Virus record (IMG/VR): IMGVR_UViG_3300046167_000554
Coordinates: 32,001 to 96,000 of that record
Length of the DNA stretch: 64,000 nucleotides
From: a virus
Direction: 5' to 3' (one strand)
Within the stretch, counting starts at the first letter, position 1. The number at the start of each line of letters is the position of its first letter. Below, in pieces: positions 19,904 through 29,038 of the stretch. The notes beneath the pieces are model-generated. The model had not been told where the DNA came from, ran no database searches, and saw only the letters and a list, made by a program, of their open reading frames with translations. The position numbers were made by a program, and so were the translations under genes.

Positions 19904-20309
19904 ACCTTCCATCGTTAGAGAACTCAAACTAACAGAAGTAAGTTACAGATACGAAGAACGAATGAAGGACATTGAAGATGATGTCCTTCGTTTTGATTTC
20001 CCAAAAGAATTATCAGTAAAACTAGGAACGGAGTTTGATGTATCTTCCGTTAATCTATATCTAAAAGATAACACCCTAGTGTTTAGTGTCTTAGAACAAG
20101 ACATAGAACAACCCATAAAGTTACGACCTTATCTATTCAAAGAAGATGGAGACCCTAGGTCTTGCATGTTTGATGAACCTAATGATTCACAATTCTTTGT
20201 TATTCCAAAATACTTTGCAGAGGTATTTGAAGTAGGTGACAACATCACTTACACTTACGTACATGAAACAGAAGACGTAGAACGTCATGTGACTTGTCAT
20301 GTCACGTAA
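19857..20309 (+). CDS. Hypothetical protein
   Basis: ORF within an operon; start uncertain. Confidence 0.55.
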   Translation: MKMSKMMYGMVDTSGKPSIVRELKLTEVSYRYEERMKDIEDDVLRFDFPKELSVKLGTEFDVSSVNLYLKDNTLVFSVLEQDIEQPIKLRPYLFKEDGDPRSCMFDEPNDSQFFVIPKYFAEVFEVGDNITYTYVHETEDVERHVTCHVT

Positions 20310-21228
20310 CATCCCAATCACTGCAGTTGACCAACATGACTTCCTAGAACATCGCAGGAAACAAGAAGCACTACACTGGGGTAGACAGGACATGGGAGAA
20401 CTAAACGAACTTAGTTCTATCCTTACAGTTGAAGTTAACACTACAGAGTTATGCAACAGGACATGTTCATTTTGTCCACGTGCAAATCCCGAAGTATTCC
20501 CAAATAGAAATTTACATATGACTCCCAAGGCTGCAAAGACCATTGGAGATGAATTACATAAGAATGGGTTTAGAGGGAAGATATCTTTAAGTGGTTACGG
20601 AGAGAATCTACTTAACCCAAGGTTCAGAGAAATCGTTCATACCTTTAGGTCTGCAGTTCCTTATGCAACACTAGAGTGTAACACTAACGGAGATAAACTC
20701 ACTAGAGAATATGCAGAAGAGTTATTCGAGTTCAGTGGATTAGATTTACTCTACATCAATCTCTATGACGGAGTCGAACAGATGGAACACTTTGATGAGA
20801 TAATGAAAACCATCCCCGAAGAGAAATACAAATACAGAATGCACTGGGGTGATTTTGAAACACATGGATTGATACTAAACAATCGTAGTGGTGTTATGGA
20901 TTGGGTCGGAATAGAAGACGACACCATAGAGAACCTAAAAGGTAAAGTGTGTCACTACCCCTTCTACAAAATGTTTGTGGACTGGAACGGAGATGTGTTG
21001 TTCTGTAGTAACGATTGGGGAAGAGAACATGTCGTAGGTAATCTGTTATCAGAGACACTCCATAATGTTTGGTTTAGTAAACCTATGAATAAGATTAGAA
21101 AGAAATTAATGAAGGGTGACAGGTCTATGTCTCCCTGTAACAAGTGTAGTGTCGATGGGAGTTTATTTGGTAAACAATCATTTGACATAGTGAAGGAGTA
21201 TTATGAAAATAGCAATAACAGGAACTAG
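20299..21228 (+). CDS. Radical SAM protein with SPASM/twitch domain
   Basis: CNRTCSFC; NTNGD; C..PF...VDWNGDV..C..D; C..C. Confidence 0.9.
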   Translation: MSRNIPITAVDQHDFLEHRRKQEALHWGRQDMGELNELSSILTVEVNTTELCNRTCSFCPRANPEVFPNRNLHMTPKAAKTIGDELHKNGFRGKISLSGYGENLLNPRFREIVHTFRSAVPYATLECNTNGDKLTREYAEELFEFSGLDLLYINLYDGVEQMEHFDEIMKTIPEEKYKYRMHWGDFETHGLILNNRSGVMDWVGIEDDTIENLKGKVCHYPFYKMFVDWNGDVLFCSNDWGREHVVGNLLSETLHNVWFSKPMNKIRKKLMKGDRSMSPCNKCSVDGSLFGKQSFDIVKEYYENSNNRN

Positions 21229-21793
21229 TGGTCTTGCAAAGAATATTAAAGACACACTAGAAGCAACACCATATCAAGGAGACACTATTGAAGTGTGTAC
21301 TCCTAGGATAGACGACATAATAATGAATGACCCTTGGTTCGGATTCGATTATGAGAACCCTAATCATGTTGACGTGTTGATTAACTTTGCACATAGAGAC
21401 TTTGACCAGTCGAAGATTTTACTGAAAGCTCATCGTGCATGGAAAGATGATAGTACAAAGTATATTATAAACTTTTCATCCCGTGCATCACAATCAAATA
21501 TATCTAAGGGATATAAGTATGCAGCTGAGAAGGCCTCTCTAAACCATTTAAGTAACAACCTAACGTACAACTCAGATAAGAAATATAAACTCACTACACT
21601 CAATCTAGGACTCCTTAATCATGATGATTTACCTAGTCTACAGTGGTCTAGTGTATCGGGTCTAGTGTACTATTTGATTACCAGTTATCCCGACATAGAA
21701 ATTCCCGAACTTACGATTCAGGCATTTGCAAACTACCAAGAAGTTCAGAGTGATAAAGAAACTCTCAGAGACATGGAAAGATTCACTAAATAA
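21203..21793 (+). CDS. Short-chain dehydrogenase/reductase-like protein
   Basis: KIAITGTSGLA, INFA, IINFSS and YAAEK motifs. Confidence 0.75.
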   Translation: MKIAITGTSGLAKNIKDTLEATPYQGDTIEVCTPRIDDIIMNDPWFGFDYENPNHVDVLINFAHRDFDQSKILLKAHRAWKDDSTKYIINFSSRASQSNISKGYKYAAEKASLNHLSNNLTYNSDKKYKLTTLNLGLLNHDDLPSLQWSSVSGLVYYLITSYPDIEIPELTIQAFANYQEVQSDKETLRDMERFTK

Positions 21794-21797
21794 TAGT

Positions 21798-22043
21798 ATG
21801 ACAGACTATAACGATTTCGGATTTACAGCTATGGATGCAGATGAACTTGCATCTGTAGACACAAAGATAGTTGCAAAGACTACCTCTGCAGTAGAGGTAA
21901 TCAAGAACCTTGATGATTTCATCAGACCATTACTTGAGAACCTTGCAAAGGATTCCGATAAGGAATACATCTACTGGCCTAACCGAGTAGAAATCATAAA
22001 TAAAAAGATAGAAGAATTGGACTTAATTCAAAAAAGTCTCTAG
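21798..22043 (+). CDS. Conserved T4-like hypothetical protein
   Basis: DFGFTA...PLL.NL.KD..K.YIYWPNR. Confidence 0.7.
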   Translation: MTDYNDFGFTAMDADELASVDTKIVAKTTSAVEVIKNLDDFIRPLLENLAKDSDKEYIYWPNRVEIINKKIEELDLIQKSL

Positions 22044-22139
22044 TAACATAGAGAAGAATATAGTACAATAGTATTGTAGGTAAAACTACAAGGCAATAAT
22101 GCCAATAAAATAGAGAGTAACATCTCAAAGGAGAACGAT

Positions 22140-23252
22140 ATGTCAGTATATGACTTTAATCGAGCTGCGTTAATCGATGAAAATATAACCAACGCATTCA
22201 CCCAAGAACATTTAGAAACACACAAAAGATTGTGTCCTATTGAATCTTATCCCGAATTATTAAATCTACCAGTACAAGCAAGTGCTATTGAATACTCTGA
22301 AACTAGACTTACGGATAGACGTAAGATTAAAGATGGTTCTGCAGTAAATCCAAGAAGTCAAAAAGGTAGAGCTGGAGAAGCCATTCTAGATGAGGAAATG
22401 GATAATCTACAAAACAGTTATCACAAACATGGTGCTAAATTAAGAAACCTTGCACCTTGTATATTCATAAACGATAATGGTGAAGAAGTCTATATGACAG
22501 GTTCATCAAGAGATGAAATTTACGATAGATATAATTTTACAGATATCATTGTCAATGTATTTACTGGTGTCGATGGTACTACAGATATGGAACAACAATC
22601 TGCACTCTCATTTATGGCAACATGGTTAAACCCAGCGGTTGATGCACACGTTTGTGCAACCACTCATGACATTAGATGTGATATTAACAGAGCAACAGAA
22701 AATGGTTGGATTGAAAAAACATACGATGCAATCTTAGAAAGAATTCTACCTCAAACAGAAAGAGTTAATATCTCATATCTCAAATCAACTCACCTTGCAA
22801 TAGAACTATTTGAAGCAAGTAAGAAAGGTACTTCTGCAAAAGAAATCAGACCAATGGTATCTAGAGATTCTAAGAAGTGGGCCCAAGATAGTAAGTACGT
22901 TGATGTGAAAGACAAGGTCAAGTATTTCTTTAGGTCTCATGACAGAGACCAACAGGGAACTTGTGATGCAGTTAATTATGCACATAAGAATCCAAACGAG
23001 GAAGTTAGGATTGTGGTGTTTTGTGGTATCCTCACAAGTGGAGACCCACTCTCACAATGGGAAAAGAGAAGTCTTAAATTCCACACTTCATTTAACAATA
23101 TCTTAAATACATTTCAGAATGTAGTGTTTAATGGTGCGAGTATTAAATTAAAGAATCTTAAGTTGTATGGAGTGATTCCACAACTTGCAGAATTCCAATC
23201 CTTAAACAAGATATGTCTTTATAAAGACGATGGTACAACTTACCAAAAATAG
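22140..23252 (+). CDS. Hypothetical protein, possible ParB/Srx-like N-terminal fold
   Basis: 370 aa ORF with SD GGAG; L..S...G...P.I...G..R pattern. Confidence 0.5.
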   Translation: MSVYDFNRAALIDENITNAFTQEHLETHKRLCPIESYPELLNLPVQASAIEYSETRLTDRRKIKDGSAVNPRSQKGRAGEAILDEEMDNLQNSYHKHGAKLRNLAPCIFINDNGEEVYMTGSSRDEIYDRYNFTDIIVNVFTGVDGTTDMEQQSALSFMATWLNPAVDAHVCATTHDIRCDINRATENGWIEKTYDAILERILPQTERVNISYLKSTHLAIELFEASKKGTSAKEIRPMVSRDSKKWAQDSKYVDVKDKVKYFFRSHDRDQQGTCDAVNYAHKNPNEEVRIVVFCGILTSGDPLSQWEKRSLKFHTSFNNILNTFQNVVFNGASIKLKNLKLYGVIPQLAEFQSLNKICLYKDDGTTYQK

Positions 23253-23259
23253 TTCAAAA

Positions 23260-23294
23260 GGGGGTTTACAATGACCCCCATTTTTTTGTATACT
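23260..23294 (+). promoter_or_regulatory. Composite terminator/early promoter
   Basis: Hairpin GGGGGT...ACCCCC with T-tract; TTTACA in the loop, then TATACT 18 bp later. Confidence 0.75.
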
Positions 23295-23320
23295 ATACTC
23301 TAACAAATTAAGGAAATCTA

Positions 23321-23563
23321 ATGAATGAAATCGAAAAAACCTATGTTAATATAGGACGAGAACTTATAGCACTATGTGAACAGAACAGAATATTTGGTGG
23401 AGACGATGAAGAGTCTCTAACACTATGGAATGCAGCTGTAACAGCAGGGAATAAGTTTGTGACCTATGGAATGGTATGGACAAAGTTTACAGGGATAGAT
23501 TGTCTCTCTGCAATAGAGAAGACTGCTGTCAGACAATATTTAGAACTAAAGGAGAAACTATGA
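23321..23563 (+). CDS. Hypothetical protein
   Basis: SD AAGG. Confidence 0.6.
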   Translation: MNEIEKTYVNIGRELIALCEQNRIFGGDDEESLTLWNAAVTAGNKFVTYGMVWTKFTGIDCLSAIEKTAVRQYLELKEKL

Positions 23564-23637
23564 ATAACAATCAGATGATTATATTCGGTTTACTGGGGAT
23601 GTTAGTAACATTTCTTGTAATGAATCTTGTTGGATAA
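23560..23637 (+). CDS. Membrane micropeptide (25 aa)
   Basis: SD AGGAG; MNNNQMIIFGLLGMLVTFLVMNLVG. Confidence 0.5.
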   Translation: MNNNQMIIFGLLGMLVTFLVMNLVG

Positions 23638-23640
23638 AGC

Positions 23641-23670
23641 TTGACTATGTCCCTCACTTTTTGGTATACT
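23641..23670 (+). promoter_or_regulatory. Early promoter cassette
   Basis: TTGACT-18 bp-TATACT; near copy of 10763. Confidence 0.8.
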
Positions 23671-23703
23671 ATGTATATAATGAAAAAACAAAGAGGACAC
23701 ATT

Positions 23704-23799
23704 ATGAATAAAATAAAGAAACTTGGATTACTAGATGCTGACTTCCTACAAGGAATGTCATTGTTTGTACTTGCACTATTAGTTGGGGGTGCATCATAA
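23704..23799 (+). CDS. Membrane micropeptide (31 aa)
   Basis: SD GAGG; MNKIKKLGLLDADFLQGMSLFVLALLVGGAS. Confidence 0.5.
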   Translation: MNKIKKLGLLDADFLQGMSLFVLALLVGGAS

Positions 23800-24260
23800 T
23801 GAAATTATCAAAACTAGTAAATGATGTGAATGCAGAACAAGTTGCATTAGAAAAAGCAGACAACCTATGTACTGCAGTCGAGAAACTATGTGAAGACTTG
23901 ACTACTGCAATGCATGAAAGATGGGAACACACTCGTGGTGAAACAACCCACGACTTTTCAATTGGAAAGAAATACATTCGTGTTTATTCAGTAGAGAATG
24001 GTCAACCAGCATCTTGTTGGGGATTCATTAACATCTTAGAGTTTACCAAAGGTAATGTTAAGTTTGAAAGTGGTGATGTCTTAAAGTCAGCAGGGTGGAA
24101 AACTCCTGCTATCAATCAACCACGAGGAAACTTATTTGATGGTTATTCAATCGACCCAAATTCAGCAAGGATTATATGGGCCAGATTACTTAAGAGGGTA
24201 GGGGTTGACAATGCCCCCTACTTTTTGTTACACTATGTGTATAATATAAAAAGGAGATAA
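23799..24260 (+). CDS. Conserved phage hypothetical protein; the true C-terminus is probably YGPDYLRG ending near 24201
   Basis: GKKYIRV, GDVLKSAGWKTPA..PRGNL; YGPDYL appears in another frame. Confidence 0.65.
   Translation: MKLSKLVNDVNAEQVALEKADNLCTAVEKLCEDLTTAMHERWEHTRGETTHDFSIGKKYIRVYSVENGQPASCWGFINILEFTKGNVKFESGDVLKSAGWKTPAINQPRGNLFDGYSIDPNSARIIWARLLKRVGVDNAPYFLLHYVYNIKRR
24198..24234 (+). promoter_or_regulatory. Composite terminator/early promoter
   Basis: GTAGGGG-TTGACAATGC-CCCCTAC-TTTTT, then TACACT 18 bp after TTGACA. Confidence 0.8.
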
Positions 24261-24261
24261 T

Positions 24262-24666
24262 ATGAGTTTAGATAGAATCAAAGATGGAACTGCAAGATGG
24301 TATGTAATTGATACACAAAATCTTGAAGAGTATGGAGACAACTTTCACAAGTTCAAAGGTGGCTCCCAGTATACTGTTGGATTCCATGTGGACAAACTGG
24401 TCTTTGAGGAAGATGCATTTGGTGAGGGTGAACACTCTTATTACAATTCACCTTCTCTTACGGAGGCATCTGTTGCTGCTCTTGTTATGAAACACGTCAA
24501 CAGATATAATGGACTGAATGGTTCGTTTGATTACATCACTAATATTGAAGTGATTGATTCACCTTTCAATACTCCCGACCATCCAACATGGAGAGGTACG
24601 GAAGAAGACCTTATTTCCGAAATAAAGAATGAACAAAAAAGACAAAATAATTTAGAGGTAGCATAA
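24262..24666 (+). CDS. Hypothetical protein
   Basis: SD AGGAG; TQ..E.YG...KFKGG..Y. Confidence 0.65.
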   Translation: MSLDRIKDGTARWYVIDTQNLEEYGDNFHKFKGGSQYTVGFHVDKLVFEEDAFGEGEHSYYNSPSLTEASVAALVMKHVNRYNGLNGSFDYITNIEVIDSPFNTPDHPTWRGTEEDLISEIKNEQKRQNNLEVA

Positions 24667-24667
24667 T

Positions 24668-25057
24668 ATGATAATAAAAGATTACGAAGTTCTAAGTCCC
24701 GATATGACATCGGGTGGTACATCCCTAAAGGGATACAAGATTACAACCTACGATAGGTTATGTGCAGTGTTAGGGCCACCAACCTTCACTAGTGCCAACC
24801 CTAATGACAAAGTTAATTGTGAGTGGGTTATAGATTCAAAATGGTATGATGCAAACAACATCGATGAGATTGATTATGATGATTGGGAGTATGAGACTGT
24901 AACAATTTACAACTGGAAGGACGGTAGAATTCCTACTGAAGATTACAGATGGCATGTGGGTGGAACATCCTACAATGCAACAGATGTTGTTGATATGATA
25001 CTCGACAACTTTAATAGAAACGGTGAAAATTATAATGGAGAAAGAAATGTCGCTTAA
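24668..25057 (+). CDS. Conserved phage hypothetical protein
   Basis: GTSLKG, G.P, DKV..EW, TIYNWK and WHVGG motifs. Confidence 0.65.
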   Translation: MIIKDYEVLSPDMTSGGTSLKGYKITTYDRLCAVLGPPTFTSANPNDKVNCEWVIDSKWYDANNIDEIDYDDWEYETVTIYNWKDGRIPTEDYRWHVGGTSYNATDVVDMILDNFNRNGENYNGERNVA

Positions 25058-25250
25058 TTTAGAAAGTGCAAAACTACTTGCACAACAAACAGGTGGTAAG
25101 TTGAATGCAGAAGATGTATTGAATCTTGCTCAGTATGGAACAACCAACCCTATGGACTTTGCTCCTGTTGAAGAGGAAGTCGAAGGTGTATGCATATGTG
25201 GTATCGTGAATTGTCCCGATGCATATGCTCACACAACGAGTGGGTATTAA
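25047..25250 (+). CDS. Hypothetical protein with Cys/His motif
   Basis: CICG...C.DAYAH..SGY. Confidence 0.55.
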   Translation: MSLNLESAKLLAQQTGGKLNAEDVLNLAQYGTTNPMDFAPVEEEVEGVCICGIVNCPDAYAHTTSGY

Positions 25251-25251
25251 T

Positions 25252-25401
25252 ATGGAACTAGGATTCTTAGGAGGGACACTGTTATGTGTTATTATGTTTA
25301 GTATGGTATTTGTAGGATTACATTTAAACAAACCTTTCCCATGGGAGAGAAAGGTGTTTAATAAGGATGATGTAAAATATCAAGACGGAGATAACACATG
25401 A
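25252..25401 (+). CDS. Small membrane protein
   Basis: Hydrophobic helix; YQDGDNT end. Confidence 0.5.
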   Translation: MELGFLGGTLLCVIMFSMVFVGLHLNKPFPWERKVFNKDDVKYQDGDNT

Positions 25402-25913
25402 GAGCTGAGTTAAAAATGAGATACTATTATTTGGTATTAGGTGCAACACTAGGTTTTCTAACTGGTGCATTGACAATGAAGGTGCAAGCTTCAGATGCAA
25501 ACAATGAAATTTATTGTCTTGCACAAAATATTTATTTTGAAGCAGGTAATCAACCACTTGCAGGTAAAGTTGCAGTGACACAAGTAGTGTTGAATAGAAT
25601 GCAACATCCTAACTATCCAACAACTGCATGTGGTGTAGTGTATCAAGCAAAGTGGAAAACAAACTGGAAAGGTAAAGAAGTTCCAGTGAGAAACATGTGT
25701 CAATTCAGTTGGTTTTGTGATGGTAAGTCAGACGACCCAGTGGATAGTCCAACGTGGTTATCTTCACTTAACATTGCAAGGAATGTAGTGCAAGGTGCAT
25801 ATGGTGATATCACTGAAGGTGCAACACACTACCATGCAATAAGTGTAACCCCATATTGGGCAGATTCATTAAACGAGACTGTTAGAATAACAGACCACAT
25901 ATTTTATAAGTAG
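25398..25913 (+). CDS. Cell wall hydrolase, SleB family
   Basis: CLAQNIYFEA, VVLNR, CGVVYQ, CQFSW.CDG, GATHYH and H.FY motifs. Confidence 0.9.
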   Translation: MRAELKMRYYYLVLGATLGFLTGALTMKVQASDANNEIYCLAQNIYFEAGNQPLAGKVAVTQVVLNRMQHPNYPTTACGVVYQAKWKTNWKGKEVPVRNMCQFSWFCDGKSDDPVDSPTWLSSLNIARNVVQGAYGDITEGATHYHAISVTPYWADSLNETVRITDHIFYK

Positions 25914-25922
25914 GAGAAAATT

Positions 25923-26207
25923 ATGTATGATACAGTAGAAAAATTTAGAGAGTATCTTAAGGATACAAGTTACGTTATGAATGGAGTGCAACACAAATAT
26001 GCATTCCCAAATAACTATGGTGCTAGTGTTGTTAAACATGACGGAAGTTATGGTGGACAGAATGGTTTATGGGAACTTGCAGTTTTAGATTACTCTATAG
26101 ACAGCACAGGTGAGTTGTGTTATACTAGTGGTATAACTGATGATGTTATCGGACACTTGACGTGGAAGAATGTCGAAGAGTTCTTATCGGAGATTAAACA
26201 ACTATGA
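25923..26207 (+). CDS. Conserved phage hypothetical protein
   Basis: F.N.YGASV...SYGG..GLWELAVL...ITDDVIG.L. Confidence 0.7.
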   Translation: MYDTVEKFREYLKDTSYVMNGVQHKYAFPNNYGASVVKHDGSYGGQNGLWELAVLDYSIDSTGELCYTSGITDDVIGHLTWKNVEEFLSEIKQL

Positions 26208-26743
26208 ATTTATTTTACTTACACAAAGACCCAGTACAATCTGCAGAAATGCATTGTGACAAACATGTCGTTAAGATGATTATCGAGTATGCACAAATGT
26301 TATCTACTGCTCATCGTATGTTAGATGGTAAACAATATACCGATGCATCCAGTGGTCGTAGGATTCAAAGATGGAGACTAGACAACTCTAACATGGATGG
26401 TGTTCTATACAAAGCATCACACATCAACCACCCTTCTACACGTTGGGTCAGAGAGAATGCAATCCAGTATCAGTATGCATACGATATGTTTACTGCACTA
26501 TGTGACGAATACACTTATCGTTATGATAAAGTACACTTGACTGATACAAAACTCAGAGACTTACTTAATCAGATACCTAATAACATTACACTAGGTTCTT
26601 ATTCAGAACCACCCCAGTGTATGCCTGAAGATGTCAAAGTTCAAAATGACTCTATCTCTGCATACCATAAATACTATGCAAACTACAAGAAAGGTTTTGC
26701 AGTATGGACTGATAGACCAGTCCCACAATTTATGAGTATATGA
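26204..26743 (+). CDS. Pyrimidine-dimer DNA glycosylase/endonuclease V-like protein
   Basis: MNLFYL...HCDKHVVKM..EYAQMLSTAH; H.NHP...W; EY..RY.K.H; PPQCMP. Confidence 0.75.
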   Translation: MNLFYLHKDPVQSAEMHCDKHVVKMIIEYAQMLSTAHRMLDGKQYTDASSGRRIQRWRLDNSNMDGVLYKASHINHPSTRWVRENAIQYQYAYDMFTALCDEYTYRYDKVHLTDTKLRDLLNQIPNNITLGSYSEPPQCMPEDVKVQNDSISAYHKYYANYKKGFAVWTDRPVPQFMSI

Positions 26744-27051
26744 TGCCCTTATATGATTTTTTAAATAATGAGACAGGTGAAGTTGAAGAACATAACATGT
26801 CCTATACCAAACTCGACCAATTCAAAGAAGATAACCCACACCTCAAACAAGTTATACTTGGAACGCCAGGTATTGTTGGTGGACATGGTGACAGGGTAAA
26901 ACTCGATGGTGGATTCAAAGATGTCCTCAATAAAATTTCTTCTGCAAATCCAGGCTCACCTATGGACAGACATAGACAACGTGGGGTCAAAGAAGTAAAG
27001 ACTAAAGAAATAGTCAAAAAACACCTAGACATTCAGTCAAGAAAGAAGTAA
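26740..27051 (+). CDS. FmdB-like regulatory protein
   Basis: MPLYDF.N..TGE..E pattern. Confidence 0.65.
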   Translation: MMPLYDFLNNETGEVEEHNMSYTKLDQFKEDNPHLKQVILGTPGIVGGHGDRVKLDGGFKDVLNKISSANPGSPMDRHRQRGVKEVKTKEIVKKHLDIQSRKK

Positions 27052-27060
27052 AATAGAACT

Positions 27061-27741
27061 ATGAAATTAAAAACTAACTTAGTAGAGTTACATGAACTCG
27101 AACATCTAGACTTAAAAACAACTAACAAAGATGGTAAGAGATACTATACGGATGGAGAAGAGACTTTCTATTATCCAAGTGTTACCAGTGTAACAGGTTT
27201 ACTCTCAAGTGACCAAATCAAGTTATGGAGAAAACGTGTTGGTGAAGAAACTGCAAACAAGATTACTGCACAAGCAACCAAACGTGGAACTAACTTCCAT
27301 CAGATAGTGGAAGATTATCTAAGAAAGGAAAAAGAGTTTATTGAGTTTGATAACGTTTTACAGGAAGGTATGTTTAAGGCAATGCAACCAGTACTGGATG
27401 ATATCATTCCTATTAGTTTAGAAGCACCATTGTTTTCAAACGTTCTGCAGATGGCAGGTCGGGTTGATTGTGTTGGTATCTATGATGATGTATTACAAAT
27501 TATAGATTTCAAGACGAGTGCAAAGTTTAAAGAAGAGTACATGGCAAAGAACTGGTATATCCAAATGACTGCATATGCAATCATGGTAGAAGAGTTGACT
27601 GGTCATGAAATTGAAGAGATAACTGCAATGGTAGCTATTGAAGGTCATAACACTTTTCAAATATTTACAGCAGACCCTAGGGACTATGTAGATGAGTTAA
27701 ACGACTTACGAGTCAGATATAAAAATATATACGGAGTATAG
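27061..27741 (+). CDS. PD-(D/E)XK exonuclease (phage Cas4-like)
   Basis: YPSVT, RGT.FH, GRVDC, IIDFKTS and Q..AY motifs. Confidence 0.85.
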   Translation: MKLKTNLVELHELEHLDLKTTNKDGKRYYTDGEETFYYPSVTSVTGLLSSDQIKLWRKRVGEETANKITAQATKRGTNFHQIVEDYLRKEKEFIEFDNVLQEGMFKAMQPVLDDIIPISLEAPLFSNVLQMAGRVDCVGIYDDVLQIIDFKTSAKFKEEYMAKNWYIQMTAYAIMVEELTGHEIEEITAMVAIEGHNTFQIFTADPRDYVDELNDLRVRYKNIYGV

Positions 27742-27742
27742 A

Positions 27743-28078
27743 ATGGAAGATATCAGAATAAGAGTGCATGAAGGACATCATGTTTCATTAATAAAAGAAA
27801 AACGAATCAGTGCAGAAGCACTAGAAGTCTTGGGTATATGTGATACCATGATTGAAGAGTTCATCGAGGATGGAGAAGTCGAAGTTGGTTTTGAAATAGA
27901 AAACGTAATTGACCCAAACTATGCACACCTCAATGGTTATCATGTTGATGATGCTATTAGAGAACTCATTGAATATTCAGAAACATTTGAGGATGAAGAG
28001 GATTGGATTTCAGATAGAAAAGGTTATACAGAAGTTACACATTCGTTTATCAAAGACGGAGAGGCATTGTACCGATGA
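27743..28078 (+). CDS. Acidic hypothetical protein
   Basis: SD GGAG. Confidence 0.6.
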   Translation: MEDIRIRVHEGHHVSLIKEKRISAEALEVLGICDTMIEEFIEDGEVEVGFEIENVIDPNYAHLNGYHVDDAIRELIEYSETFEDEEDWISDRKGYTEVTHSFIKDGEALYR

Positions 28079-28317
28079 TATCACGTAAAGAATTCACTGA
28101 ACAAGTTGAAAAATTGATTATGAGAGGGACGGAAGTTATGGATGCATGTGTAAAAGTATGTGAAATGAATAACATTGAACCCGAGTCAGCAAAGAGGTTA
28201 CTATCTCAACCTCTAAAAGAGAAACTAGAAGCAGAAGCAACTGGACTCAATATGGTAAATAGAGGTAATCATTCGCAGAGTTCCCTAAAAGGGTTCTTTG
28301 CAGTAACGGAGAAATAA
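28075..28317 (+). CDS. gp33: Late promoter transcription co-activator gp33
   Basis: F...VE...MDA....CE.N.IEPE...L...LKEKLE.EA..LN; position upstream of 59 and 32. Confidence 0.85.
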   Translation: MISRKEFTEQVEKLIMRGTEVMDACVKVCEMNNIEPESAKRLLSQPLKEKLEAEATGLNMVNRGNHSQSSLKGFFAVTEK

Positions 28318-28727
28318 TGAGTCATTTTATAGATATCATGAAGACAGTGTTGGTCACAAGAGCAACAGATTTTAACGGAAGGTCAGACAGACCCGAATTT
28401 TGGTGGTTCTCATTATACATAAGTATAATTGCAGTACTACTAGGATTAGTAGATAATTATGTAATAGGATTTACATTTTGGAGTATACTGGAACCATTTG
28501 GTGAAATGAACGAATGTGGAGTATTAGTAGCATTACTTATGGTAGCAACTTTTGTTCAAAGCATATCAGTAACAGCAAGAAGATTACACGACAGAGGTCG
28601 TAGTGGTTGGTGGCAGTTAATGTTTGTAGTACCAGTATTAAACTTTATACCATTATATTGGTGTGTAAGAGATGCAAAGGATACCTATGCAGCTAAGAAA
28701 TACAAAAACCCTTACGGAGCAAGATAA
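28317..28727 (+). CDS. DUF805 inner-membrane protein
   Basis: F.GRS.R.EFWW; RRLHD.GRSGWW. Confidence 0.88.
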   Translation: MSHFIDIMKTVLVTRATDFNGRSDRPEFWWFSLYISIIAVLLGLVDNYVIGFTFWSILEPFGEMNECGVLVALLMVATFVQSISVTARRLHDRGRSGWWQLMFVVPVLNFIPLYWCVRDAKDTYAAKKYKNPYGAR

Positions 28728-29038
28728 TGCAAACAGGTGACGTAGTAACAGTAGTTACAATTAGTGGAGAGTATGTTGGAAAACTAGTCTCTCAAGAAGA
28801 TAGTGCAATTACGATTGACAACCCTAGGATGATTCTATCCAACCCACAAGATGGGTCAATGGGGTTTGCAAAAGGTATAGCTGCAACGGGAGTGGAGAAT
28901 CCACCTGTTGCAACATTCCACAATGTAGTGTTCGTAGTTCCATCCAACGATAAGGTCGTTGAGGCACATGCAATATCAACAGGTGAAAAAGATGCACCTT
29001 TGATTGATGTACCAGCAGAGAAGAAGATTATTACTTAA
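28727..29038 (+). CDS. Sm-like beta-barrel hypothetical protein
   Basis: GDVVTV...GE.VGKL......I.NP. Confidence 0.55.
   Translation: MQTGDVVTVVTISGEYVGKLVSQEDSAITIDNPRMILSNPQDGSMGFAKGIAATGVENPPVATFHNVVFVVPSNDKVVEAHAISTGEKDAPLIDVPAEKKIIT

Noticed and set aside
27061-27741. CRISPR-associated Cas4
   Set aside because: Stand-alone PD-(D/E)XK exonuclease common in T4-like phages; no array or other cas genes.
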